This document shows positions 1 to 11,989 of a DNA stretch of 64,000 nucleotides, piece after piece (position 1 is the stretch's first letter; each line of letters opens with the position of its first letter). The position numbers and the translations under genes are program-made. The notes under the pieces were generated by a model. That model saw nothing but the letters and a program-made list of their open reading frames with translations, searched no databases and had not been told where the DNA came from. The DNA is from the human T2T-CHM13v2.0 reference genome, Homo sapiens: NCBI RefSeq assembly GCF_009914755.1, contig NC_060927.1; one strand, 5' to 3'.

Positions 1-610
1 GGAGATACCTAAAAGTAGAAATTCCGGATAGAAGATGTACATATTTAATTCTACATATTCTTGGCACATTTTTGTACTTGGTAGTTTTTTCTCTTCTCAT
101 ACGTTGGTAAGAGTTCTTTGTATATTCTGAGGAATACTCCTCAGTCTGATATACAACACAAAGTGTGTATACATATTTTTCTCTAATCTTGCTTTAAAAT
201 TTGGTTTATTGTGTCTTTTGTCCTGTTTCATATTTTTATGTAGTGAATTTATTGTTTACGGTTTGCATCTGTCTTAGGAAGACTGTCCATATGCCAAGAT
301 TTACATATTTTTTTTTTTGTTTAGCAGTTTATATTACTTTGAATTTAGTTTTGTATATGTTAGAGGTTATTACCTACTTTTCTTTATTTTTCCAAATTGA
401 TAGTCAGTTGGCCCATTAATTCCTACCCCAAATTGAAATGCCATTTTTATTAACTAAGTTTCTAAATATAGAAATTCATGGGTCTGTTTCTGTACCTCGT
501 ATTAGGTTTTTCTTCATCTTATTGCTTATTTCTGGGTCAATACTACACTGTTCTAGTTATTAGAGCTTTATCATATATTTTGCTATCTAATAAGAAATCA
601 TTCTTTTTTT
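1..610 (-). mobile_element. Ancient L1 (L1M/L1ME-like) fragment
   Basis: T-rich, with diverged antisense L1 ORF2 motifs (gagttctttgtatattctg; ctgttctagttattagagcttta). Confidence 0.6.
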
Positions 611-849
611 AGCTGTCTTCTACTAGATGTTTGATGGATGGGACTGAGTCATTTGTCTGAATTTCAAGACTTTTTATATAGTTCGCATCTGTGTATGTTA
701 GATGATATAAATAAATAACCCAGAAGCTATTGGTGCTGCCCTTTGTATTTTCAGGATCTCTGAAAGTTTATGATAAAAATAACAGCTTTTCAGGTTTTTA
801 CTCCTTTGATAGCTTAGTACTTGGAATGAGTTATTTCATAGGAATCTTA

Positions 850-1250
850 TTTATTCAGAACCAAATTAAATAATGCATATGTGATGTACAAAGCTCAAAA
901 GGTACAAAAGAGAACAGTCAGGTCCCCTAGTTCTTAAAAGGCAGTGATATTACCAGTTCCTTATTTAACCTGCTAGAATGGTCGCGCATTATTCATCCTG
1001 TTCTGCAACTTGATGTTTTCATTTAACAATAACGTCTTGGAAATCATTCCATATCAGCACATATGCTGTTTTATAAAATGGCTGTGCTATGATTTACTTA
1101 ACCTTATGGCAATTCATTTGTTTTAGTAGAATACCTTTCATATGTATACTTTGTGGCACATCTAGAATAAAAGTTCTGCCCATGAAATTGTTGGGTCAAA
1201 GGGTATTTAAAATTTCAGCTTTGATTTACATTAAATTGCCCTCTAAAAAA
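850..1250 (-). mobile_element. Ancient L1ME-like 3' fragment
   Basis: Motifs gtcttggaaatcattccatatcagcacata and gaaattgttgggtcaaagggtat, typical of antisense L1ME 3' ends. Confidence 0.55.
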
Positions 1251-2557
1251 TTCCTTGAAATGTCATGAATGAAGACCCTGATGTCACTTGCTACCAGGCT
1301 TCAGACTTGCTCAGACATGCCCAAGTACCACAGGGAACACCATAGAGGCCGTAGCTGGGAGCCCGGTAGAGGAAGTGAGTGGAAGTATGTGTGCATGCAC
1401 CCATGAATGTGTGTATGATATACATGATAGGAAGTTCAGGGAAGACCTGTAAGTCAATGAATTAGAGTCCTGCTTAAAGCTCTAGTGATGAGTAGAAGCA
1501 TTAGTGGTTTGCATAAGGCTCTTTTACCTTTATTATTCATTAAAACTGGCAGTAAATAATAGGTTTGAATTTCACAGTCCTGATGCTAATCAAAGCACAG
1601 AGCATTTCTTAACATCATAAATTATTACCCTTACAATAGGAGCATAAAGGGAATTTGGTTTTATGAATTGCTAACTGGGACACTAGCCTCTGTTTGGCTC
1701 TTGGACTGACATAGAGGGAAGAGGGCTGGTAATCACATCACGAAACTGGAACACTGTCTTACAGGTTGGGTGGGGCACAGTTTACTCTCAGTTTCTTGTA
1801 TCGTACCTACCTGAAGTTGGCTGGGATACCTGAAACAGCCCAGATTAAATAGGCAGTCATTGTCCACATTAGCAACAGCTCATGATGTTCAGAGGGAAAG
1901 AGATTTTTGTTTCTAAGTAGGAAGAGGGCTTTGCCTGTGGGGCAGGAGGCTATTTTTGCTACACCATCTTAGCAAGTTGGTGCTAGTTTTAGATTGTGTA
2001 CCCTCCCCTCCCCACTTGATCTCATTTCCATCTGGTATGTCATATTTCTCTTCCTTCTCTCCACTCCTGCCCCCTACTAAGGTTTGCCTTTTTTGGGTGG
2101 ATCTTTTCTTTCCTTGGTGTCTTTCTCCACACAAAGAAAACGCCAAGTTCGCCTCCCTTCCTTTTAGCATGATAGGGACAGAAAAAAAGAGGAACCTTTT
2201 ATCTTTTTGCCTTTCTTTTCTTTCTTTCTCCTCTAGTATCTATCTATCTCCTTCCCCTATTTTTGTAGCTTTTGTGAACCCTGGTCATCCCTAGTGGGAA
2301 AGGCGGCATCTGTGCCCCTCTGCTTGACTCAGGTTTCCCTTCTCTGGGACGCCTCCCCAGTCCATCCCTGCTCTCTTCATTCCTTCAGTGACTTGTCTTG
2401 CTAGTCTGTTAGCTGTTTCTGGCCCACAGGATCCCTGCATGTCCCATACATTAGCTTTCAGTGCCTGCTTCAGCTGGCACTCTGAGTACAAGAGCTTAGA
2501 ACCACCAAATCACCTGGAAAGAGAAAATGACTTTAAATAAAGCATTAGCCAAACACA

Positions 2558-4041
2558 ATCATACTTTGTAACAAAAATTTATTAGGATTAAGTCAAATTA
2601 GAAAACTTCATGCTCCACCACTTGTCATATTTACCTGAAATGACAAAGTTATACTTAGCTTGAGTGTAAAACTTGTGCCCCAGAGATTCTGTTTGGAAAG
2701 CAAAAAAATAATTGATGCACATAGCAGTGTGCCTGATACCACCACAGTGAATGTTGTTTAAGGCCTAACAAACAGTGGTCAGCAAAGCATACATTACTTT
2801 TAAGCTTTGGGTCCAAGGAAGATGTCATTCCCTACCTCCTTCAAAAGCAGACTCATCATAGCCTGGGCACCTAGGCCTGGAGCCTATTTTTTCGAGTCTA
2901 ATATGAACATCTGGATTTCAAGAGGTGCTAGGCTTGAGGTATCTTTATGGCTTAAAAGGCACAGGTCATGCAGCTGAATTAAAAGCTATCATGTTGGTCT
3001 CTGGAATGCAGGCCATGAGCCACGCCTTGTAAGGGGGAGACCTGAGGCCCTGTCCTTGGCTCCTCAGTGTAACCCACACATCATTGGCTCTGTTCCTCTC
3101 GCCCTGCTCCTGCACTGCTCATCAGCTGTGAATGCTGGAATTGGAGGACAGGTTGGGGCTCCTGCACAGTCTGCTGCCAGGTAGAGAGCAACACAGGCTG
3201 CAGAATCCTACCCTCCAGCATATCGCGGGGAGGGGGGGACCTGCTGCACAGCCAAGAAGTGACTCACATGCAGGCAAGGACGGGAAGGCTTGTTCTTCAG
3301 GCACAACGTGGTATGGGGAGAAGAAACCTGGTTTTCTTGGAATGGTCCTACTAAGCTTGAAAGTGGTGCTGCATTTAGGGCAGGGCACACCCAGCCATAG
3401 GCAACCCCTTTGAGCGATGGGAGAAGTAGCATAAGAAGGATGCCAAGAAGAACAATAGGTTCTTCAACTCAGTGTGGGCTCTGGGAAACCATCAGCAGTG
3501 GGTACGGAACACTTCTCTGGGCTCTGCCCTGGGGTCACTGAGAGCAAATGGGAGTCAAGTCCTCAAAATAAGAAACTTATCACTTACTAAATAGCTGTGC
3601 ATTCCCTTCAGCTTAGGAGCAAAATGTTTACTCTCAGAAGCTTTCTTTTATTTTTAAACTCTCCTTAATGGAGGGAATAAAATCCAGAATAGAAGTGAAG
3701 GGCCTGGAGAGCCGCATTCGCAGCAGAAATGCCCTGAAGACCCAGCACAGCTGTCCCATCCTCCAGCAGCTAGACTCCTGATACCTCCATCCCCACCCCA
3801 GCCAATCCAGTAATCAGAATGGCTGCTGTCAAAAAACTAAATTCATTTGCATAATAGAGAGGGATAATAAAATCTCATTTCTTCAGGCACCAGAGGATCC
3901 ATGTGACAAGGCTTTGATTCTCTCCAATTTATGCTCTTAATATGTTTTCCAGCCTCTCCCCTGTACTGCCTCATCAGCTTGGCTTGTATTCCTCAGTGAG
4001 TCTTGCATTACTTGTGATTACATCTGTACTCTTCATGCCAA
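2558..4041 (-). other. SLC9A9: SLC9A9 3' UTR (3' end approximate)
   Basis: Sequence with no recognisable repeat between the stop codon and the AATAAA at 2583-2578; cleavage inferred about 20 nt downstream of the signal. Confidence 0.8.
2578..2583 (-). terminator. SLC9A9: Distal polyadenylation signal AATAAA
   Basis: Plus-strand tttatt. On the minus strand it is followed by ttttgttacaaagtatga and a GU-rich downstream element ttgtgtttggc (2558-2548). Confidence 0.8.
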
Positions 4042-4269
4042 TTAATTCAACTGGGATTGACCCAAAGTTTGCTCAAGCTTGAGTTCATAGCCTCCCAGGC
4101 CGAGGTCTCCCTCATAAATGTTTTCCTTGCCTGGCGTCTGGGGTGAAGCTTTCTGGTCCAGACCTAGCCTTGCAGGAGGACTGCAGGGTGAGGAGGCTTG
4201 CTCCTGGTAATTTATGGCTAGTTCATCCTGGTTTACAATGCATTCCACATCATCCTCTTTTAGCTGTTC
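4042..4269 (-). CDS. SLC9A9: SLC9A9 (NHE9) terminal coding exon, C-terminal cytoplasmic tail
   Basis: Minus strand reads tctctctcttttcccaaccag|GAA CAG CTA AAA GAG GAT GAT GTG... and translates EQLKEDDVECIVNQDELAINYQEQASSPCSPPARLGLDQKASPQTPGKENIYEGDLGLGGYELKLEQTLGQSQLN*, which I recognise as the human NHE9 C-terminus. Acceptor AG at 4271-4270, phase 0, TAA at 4044-4042. Confidence 0.96.
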   Translation of the reverse strand, partial: EQLKEDDVECIVNQDELAINYQEQASSPCSPPARLGLDQKASPQTPGKENIYEGDLGLGGYELKLEQTLGQSQLN

Positions 4270-4685
4270 CTGGTTGGGAAAAGAGAGAGAGGTGTCACTT
4301 CATGATGAAGGCAGAAAACAATAGCAGTCCTACAATTTTTTTTTTTTTTTAAACAGAATGCATGTTTTCCTTTCTGTAACTGCCCTGTCTGGCCTTGGCT
4401 GATGTTTCTGCTGCAGGCATGGTACAGCCTTTCCCTGAGTCAGCATTGAATATCTGATGCTGTACAGCCATAAGGGGTCTCTAAGTCTGAGGTAAGAGGT
4501 GTTAAAGAGCATGGTACTTTCATTTCCTCTTTGGGTTAAGGATGTTTCCACCACTGGTATTAACTAGGGTTGACAGGAATTAGGAGTTAGCATAATCCTA
4601 TGATCTCAGAATAGGGGAAGATTCTCATGTTGGTTTTGTAACATTCCTGCCTATCAAAAAATCCTTGAAACACAGTTATTGCTAC

Positions 4686-5080
<395 letters not shown>

Positions 5081-5241
5081 TAGTGGATAATGCCAGAAGC
5101 TAACTGGATCTGGCTAATAATAATTTTTTCCATACAGAGGTTCCCTTGAAAGAATTAAGATCCCAACTCTTCCTCCACTGGCTTTGGGAAGGCCATACTA
5201 AACTACTTGTAGAATGGGCCCTTGCCGGGGGATTTTTAGGG

Positions 5242-5406
5242 CAGTGGTTTCCAACTTTCGCCTGTCCCAGGATCACATGGAGGGCTTGTTAAAATACAGA
5301 TCATCGTTCAAGCTCAGGGTTTCTGAGGCGGGGCCTGAGAGTGTGCATTTCTAGCAAGTTCCCAAGTGAGGCTGCTGGTTTGGAGACTACTGTTTGAGAA
5401 CCACTG
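5242..5406. mobile_element. MER5A (hAT-Charlie MITE)
   Basis: TIRs cagtggtt...aaccactg; internal agggcttgttaaaatacaga and ggggcctgagagtgtgcatttctagcaagttccc. Confidence 0.85.
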
Positions 5407-5791
5407 CCTTAGGCTTCTGTGCCCTGAACACACCTGAGATAAGTTTTTGCCTGTGTACAGGGCTAGCCAGCTGGACACTTCTAAGGGTACTTGCAAACCT
5501 AAGACTGTGCTCTTCTCCAATTCCCTGACCTCTGATTTGTGAGTAATGATTCTAAGTGCCTCTCAGCATTTTTCATTCCACTCCCTTGAGCCATAAATCA
5601 CAGGCCTAGTATTCAAAACCTCAAAACCTCAAAACACAGCAGTTTGTGAGGATGCTTCTTTTACATTTTCTAAGGTCATTTTATGGTTAAAAATATTGGT
5701 AACAATAAAAGAGAATAAGCCAACATCAGCAACAATTGACAAGAGAAATGCTTCCTAGTGCAGTGAATTTTTAAAAAATGCTTCCTCCTCA

Positions 5792-6186
<395 letters not shown>

Positions 6187-6214
6187 TCACCCTAGAGGCC
6201 TGAGATTTACTTAC

Positions 6215-6320
6215 CCCATAGGCTTGAGGACTGGTAAGCAGCCTGGAAATCGGACCACACCATTCAGGTAATGTTGTAGTCAGCGGAGGACCAGAGTGGG
6301 TTAAAATTGGTTTCAGATAC
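6215..6320 (-). CDS. SLC9A9: SLC9A9 penultimate coding exon (106 nt)
   Basis: cctcccag|G TAT CTG AAA CCA...GCC TAT GGG|gtaagt translates (x)[46 protein letters not shown] is conserved in NHE6/7/9. It joins the terminal exon in frame. Confidence 0.96.
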
Positions 6321-8200
6321 CTGGGAGGCCTGTTAAGGAATACTTGTCAACAGGGAGTTAGGATTTAGGAATCTTACGCTGCACAAACCTTTGTATGCTG
6401 AGACAGCTACGTTTGCCTTTAAATCCCCTACTCCCTCACTTAGGAAGAAATTTGCCCTGCAAAAATTGCTGTTTATAATCTTTGTTACACATACTTTTCC
6501 AGCCTTCCTGATAGCCTTTATTCATGAAGAAATGGTGGATGGCCCATGCTGCATCAGAAGTGTAAATGTGCTCTTCCCATCCTATCCCCAACTCAATGTC
6601 TCATTTGCTTAGAGAATGCATTCTTAAGAATTACCTTAAAGGATAACATAAAAGATTGTATTTTCTTAAAACTGTACACACGCGTAGCTTAAACTGCCAG
6701 TAAGTTTTACAAAGATGCAAGAGGTATTTTATAAAATGTTCAGTTATTTTAGAGCTAGGTAGTGAACATAGATTGTTTTCCAAAATACTTACTTTTTCAC
6801 TATTCAACAGTCACTTTAAACTTCATACATCAATGGATTTCTATACAAAATTATGTAAATAAGTCGGTGCTGGGTTTATTCTGTTGTCTAGCACCTGTCT
6901 TTCTCATCTCCTCATTCCAAAGTGCTCTAACAAGAGAAAAACTTGTTCATCTAAAGCCATTGTTTCCTCCAATCTATCAATAATGAAATCCCCAGAGCTG
7001 CCTCAGGTTGCCTTATTTTAGTTTTTTTGCTCAAAGGAAAGCAGTGGAATTATTTCAGCATTCCATCAGAAATGACTTTTAAGCTTTATATTACTTCCTC
7101 TGCTGGAGAGTATTTCACTTCATCAACTTTCCAAAAAGCTATAGTAAATAGGGAAAGGGAAAAAATGGAGAGGAGTTATCATTGGTTGGATCATGAAGAT
7201 CCGCAGCTGTGCTCAGGCACTCAGGGCATGAGATGATCTTGGTGATGCCTCTGGTGGAGTCCATCCATAGCTGGATAATTCACATGCCATTCTCATGATA
7301 CCCTGAGCATGTGGGCATAGAGGGAAGATGCAGCCCAGTGGAGGCTAAAGAATCTGGTACTTCTGGCTTGATGTATTTGTCACCAAAGCAGGCCATGCAC
7401 CTGAACGAAGCCTTGTTATGATGCGAGGAGAGTGACTGGGAAGATGTTAGGAGGGCCTGCAATTCCAATTGCAAATAGAAAAGTTGATCCCTCCTTTCAG
7501 ATGGGCAGCTGTTGTGCCCAGTTAGGTGAAGATATTAAAGTTCAGAGCCTGGTATTTGGTGTAATATCTTGTAAATATATCTACAAATCTGAAAAGCTCT
7601 TGATGTTCTTTTAATTTTCATTAGTGTTATTTCTTTCATTTTATGTATGAAGGAATTGAGGCCTAGAGATATAATTTTAAATAATCCAAAGGCTCCCTCT
7701 GCTATTTGAATCCTCCAATATCACCCCTAGAAGACAATTCTCAGGGCAGGGTCAGGGTTTGCAACCAGCTGGGTTTTCTGGAGAGCAAAGCACAAGATCT
7801 CGCCCCTGCTGGGGAGCTGCAGACTCAGGCTGGGGTACGTGATCTTTCTAGGGTTTACAGTAGGTATGGGTCAATAAAAATGTCTTTATGGAGGTGAGGT
7901 GGACAAGATATATGTACAACTGGAGTACAAATTAAAAAAAATCCAGCCAATTTTATTTCCAGGTGGAAGGATGGAAAAGTGACAGCAAGTAAGCAACATT
8001 TTTAGTGATGTCATGTTAAAAGAAAAAAAAAAGTTTGTCAAGGCTCTGAGCTTGAAAGAGGCCTGAGCAACTTCTGCTGAGAGGCTCAGCATACTGAAAA
8101 AGCCAAAATAATGTTACAAAAGTAAAATATAAGTTTAGGATTGTGTAATGAACACCCTTAAAAAATCCTGATGAGGTTATTATCTCTTTAAATCTATGCG

Positions 8201-8553
8201 TAGTAGTGCTCCTTTATTTATGGTTTGACTTTTTATGGTTTTAGTTACCCATGGTCAACCACAGTCCAAAAAAATTAAATGGAAAATCCAGAAATAATTC
8301 ACAAGTTTTAAATCGTGTGCCATTCTGAGTTGAGTGATATCTCGCACTGTCCATTCCATCCCACATGGGACATGAATCATCCCTTTGTGCAGCATACACA
8401 TACTGTCTACACTACTTGCCCCCTAGTCACTTAGTAGCCATTGTGGTTATCAGATCGAAAAAGCATAGTGTATACAGAGTTTAGCATATGTGAGGTTTCA
8501 GGCATCCATGGGGGTCAGGGAACATATCCCCAGCAGATAAGGGGGTACAACTA
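8201..8553. mobile_element. MER44-like (TcMar-Tigger7-derived MITE)
   Basis: Degenerate TIRs tagtagtgctcctttatt / gataagggggtacaacta; internal gttacccatggtcaaccacagtccaaaa and aggtttcaggcatcca. Confidence 0.8.
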
Positions 8554-8659
8554 TATAATACTATTGGAGTAAATGCTTAAAGGCTAAATGTGTAGCTTTT
8601 AGTGAGTATGAGGACTAAACTGAACAGTATCACTTGGCTCCCTCTGTGCAGGCTCCAGG

Positions 8660-8790
8660 ATTTTGACTCAGACCCAGGCATAAATGCCAGCCCTGCCACT
8701 TTACTGACCATATGGCCTAGTTACTTATCCTCTGAGCCTCAGGCTTTGTTGTGAATATTGACTGAAATAACATATGTAGAAATGGTTTTA
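8660..8790 (+). mobile_element. MIR fragment
   Basis: ccagccctgccactttactgacc...agttacttatcctctgagcctcag. Confidence 0.6.
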
Positions 8791-9519
8791 AACCTTGATA
8801 TGCTATAAAAATGCTACTTACTTAAAAAACTGTCTGAGTAATGTTTTCTGGAGAAACCGGTGTCTCATTGTTCGATAATGATGGGAAAACGATACTGAAG
8901 GTAGAGATAAGAGCTTTGTGCTCCAGTCATTTGGTGTAGCACCCAGATTCATGGACTACTAAGTGAATGGAAATTTTAAGGTGGTTCTATACCCCTAAAC
9001 AGCTATTTTTGTTAAACTTTATTGTTCAGGGGGCTAGCATGAGGTGGTGAGTGAGAGGTGGGTAGAATTAGTTGATGTAAGACTCTCCTGGGAATTACGT
9101 GGCATCATTTTGCCTGTCCTGGTATCCAAGTAGCTGTGAGTCAACTGAGGTATACTCTCTGTGGCTGTGAATGGGATACACAGAGTGTGGTCTGCAGCCA
9201 TATCAAATGTGGAGCTGAGTCTGTTCTTCAGCATCTTGGTTTGCCCAGTGCTTGCTATATATTATGTGCACAATGGATGTTTGGATTTAGAATATAGGAA
9301 AATATTCAGGGGTGTATGAGAGATGGAAGTAGATTCAGAGGAACGGTGCCAGGGAAGAATGAAGGGGCAGATTACAGCCAACAAATGAGTTTTCTGAGTG
9401 CTAGAAACCTAAGAAAGGGGAAATCAAAGTTGGACTACTTGGGCCTGAGTTATCAGGTGGAGGGGACCTTAGGAAGAGTGGTAGTGGCATAAAATAAGGT
9501 GATTTAAAAAACCGTTTTC

Positions 9520-9835
9520 TTTCACTCACTCATTCATTTGTTCCATCATACACTCACAGGTTTTTGTTTCATGTGCCAAGCTAGTGAGGAACAGAGACAA
9601 GGCACCCATACAAGGAAAGGAACCATTACATTACAGAATAGAAAATTCCCTTTTCTCGAAACTGTGGTCTCCTGAAGGCAGTCCCCTTCACCTGGATACA
9701 GTGTGGCACTTCTTAGATACTTATGAAATAGTAGTTGAATTAATGAAGGCAACAGGCTCAGAGAAGGTAAATAAATTGCTCAATGGAAACTGCTGATTAG
9801 TTTACAGCAGAGCTAGGCCTGAATTCAGGGGCTCT
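9520..9835. mobile_element. L2 3'-end and MIR fragments
   Basis: cactcactcattcatt and gttgaattaatgaa (L2 tails); aggctcagagaaggtaaataaattgctc (MIR core). Confidence 0.55.
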
Positions 9836-10593
9836 TCTACCACACTGAGCTATCCTTCTTCTGTTACGAAGACACTGAGTAACGGGACTTGCCTAATTGG
9901 ATAACCAATTTGGAATTGGGGACTTCCTGAGTTCTTCATTGCTGAGCAATGTCTGGAAAGTGGCTGGATCTCCAGGGTTACCTGAATTATTAAAAGGTAA
10001 GAAAACTCTTCTATCTATTAAAAAAAACCCAACGGCAGATTTTGCAAAATGTGTTATTTTTCTCATCAGCTTCCAGAATGGGGAGGGAGGTTCCCCATTG
10101 GGTATTTTTAATATGACTAGTTTTGCTTCTCTAATAAGCTAGAAATGCATTGAGACAAAAAATGTTCAGCTCTTGGGGAAAAACAATGACTTTTCTCATC
10201 TTTAAAGGGCATAAGTTTGAGAATAGCAGTATGGTTCAGGAGACATAAGTAAAAGCTGGAACTCTACCCAGAATTTAACTTGCGTGAAATAGGAAAGACA
10301 GTTAGCAAGTGCATTTTCTCCTTTGGTCTGGGCTAACAGCAGGTCCAGAGCTAAATTTGGTGTTTAACTGAATAATATCCAAAATACCTGGTGACATTGA
10401 TTGATCTTTTGTTGTTGTTTACTTTAAATCATCATGTTTTGTCCATTGTATGTTGCTAAAACCAATGGGTACACAGCTTAAGCCTATGGCTTGTATGATG
10501 TGGCTTTGCATAGGTCAGTGAGAAGCAAAAACCCCAACGATCCAGCTCCACAAATGAGCACCTGCTCCTTTGAAGGACTAAACTCCATTGCAC

Positions 10594-10965
10594 CTATGTG
10601 GACTGAATGTCTGCATCCCCCCACCCTCTAACATAGCTAGGGTTATGTTGAAGCCCTAGCCCCAGTGTGATATTTGGAGATGGGGCCTTTGGGAGCTAAT
10701 CAGGGTGGGGCCCTTATGATGGAATTAATACCCTTATAAGAAGAGATGCTAGGGAGTTTGTTCTCTCTCTCCCTCTTCCCACCTTCCACAAAGAAGAGAT
10801 CATGTGAGACCATAGCAAGAAGGCAGCCATCTGCAAGCCAGGAAGACAGCCCTCACCAAGACCTGACCACTCTATTCTTCCAGCCTCCAAAACTGAGAAA
10901 ATTTCTCTTGTTTAAACCACCCAAGCTATGGTATTTTGTTATGGCAGCCCAAGTAGACTAAGACA
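10594..10965 (+). mobile_element. MaLR solo LTR (MLT1A/MLT1A0-like)
   Basis: ggactgaatgt...gatatttggagatggggcctttggg...gcagccatctgcaagccaggaaga...tggtattttgttatggcagcccaagtagactaagaca. Confidence 0.85.
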
Positions 10966-11029
10966 TCACTTATCTTGGGCCCTCTTTAAAAATCTTTACT
11001 TTTAGAACCCTGTGGAGCTGTGTTCTATT

Positions 11030-11200
11030 TTTCTCTGAACTTGCCTCATCATGAAAATCATCTAGAACGTTTGTTAAAAATTCAGATTTTAAAGACCTCT
11101 CTTGGAGATTCTGATTCAGCAGATCTGGGAAGTAAACGAAGACACTGAATTTTCAGCAATCATCCCAGGTGACTGATCAAGTGAATTTGGAATTCTCTGG
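11030..11200. mobile_element. MER5-like hAT MITE
   Basis: ttgttaaaaattcagatt...ggagattctgattcagcagatctgggaa...cccaggtga. Confidence 0.6.
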
Positions 11201-11782
11201 AGTATTGCCCTCCCATATGAGATTCAAATCTTAAATAGTAGACAATGTTCTTTTTGTCTCCCTATGTCCATAAGCCATCATTTTTAGGGTGAGGACAGGT
11301 ATAAGGTAAGCCATAATCCCATTTGTCTCTGAACCCAGACATATATAATGGTCTCTGCCAGTTGTTGCATCTTGTCTAAGGGCTGGGATAGATACTTGAC
11401 TCAACAAAATGAATACTCAATGTTATACTTGGGAGTGGATTAACAAATGATCATATCTCAGCTTGTGGAAGAAGACTTTTTGCCCACTGGGAGCATTTGC
11501 AAGTGTTTATAGACTTGATAAATGGTCTTGTTATAAGGGTAAAATGCTTGTCAGCACACAGCTGTGTGAAGAAGGAAAGCACATTTATCTCCATATCTCC
11601 ATTCAGGAATACTGTACCCTACACCCTTTCATTGATATAGCATTTCCATATGTCTTATTTTCTCTTTACACTTGTAATTGGGTACTATAATCCCATTTTA
11701 CAGATCAAGAAATCTGTAAACAGATGGCTTTTCTATTCCCTTCTATTCTTACTAAGATCTGGACACTAAAGATTGCTACATA

Positions 11783-11981
11783 CTGTGGGGTGCTGGCAAA
11801 TGGTTTAACAATTGACTCTCTGTTGGGGAAGAAAGGCTGGATTTGTAGCATTTCCCAATTTCCATGGTGTATAAATACTCCCACTACGGCTAATTTCAAG
11901 CTACTGACACAAAGTTACTGACTCTGGAGTTGAAAAAAGTGTACAAACTGTTGGTGTGAACTGGCTTCACCATGCCACTGG
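11783..11981 (-). mobile_element. MER63A-like (hAT-Blackjack)
   Basis: gtggggtgctggcaaatggtttaacaa...atttccatggtgtataaatactcccac...atttcaagctac...gccactgg. Confidence 0.75.
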
Positions 11982-11989
11982 TTATAGAT

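Noticed and set aside
4042-4248. ORF-track 68-aa ORF as a stand-alone small protein
   Set aside because: Its start is an internal GTG (Val). The frame continues to the splice acceptor at 4270, so it is the last SLC9A9 exon.
5613-5635. Small slippage repeats (tcaaaacc x3; also aatcattcta x2 near 51913 and ttctaaaatataat x2 near 21910-21953)
   Set aside because: Ordinary replication-slippage duplications with no sign of function.
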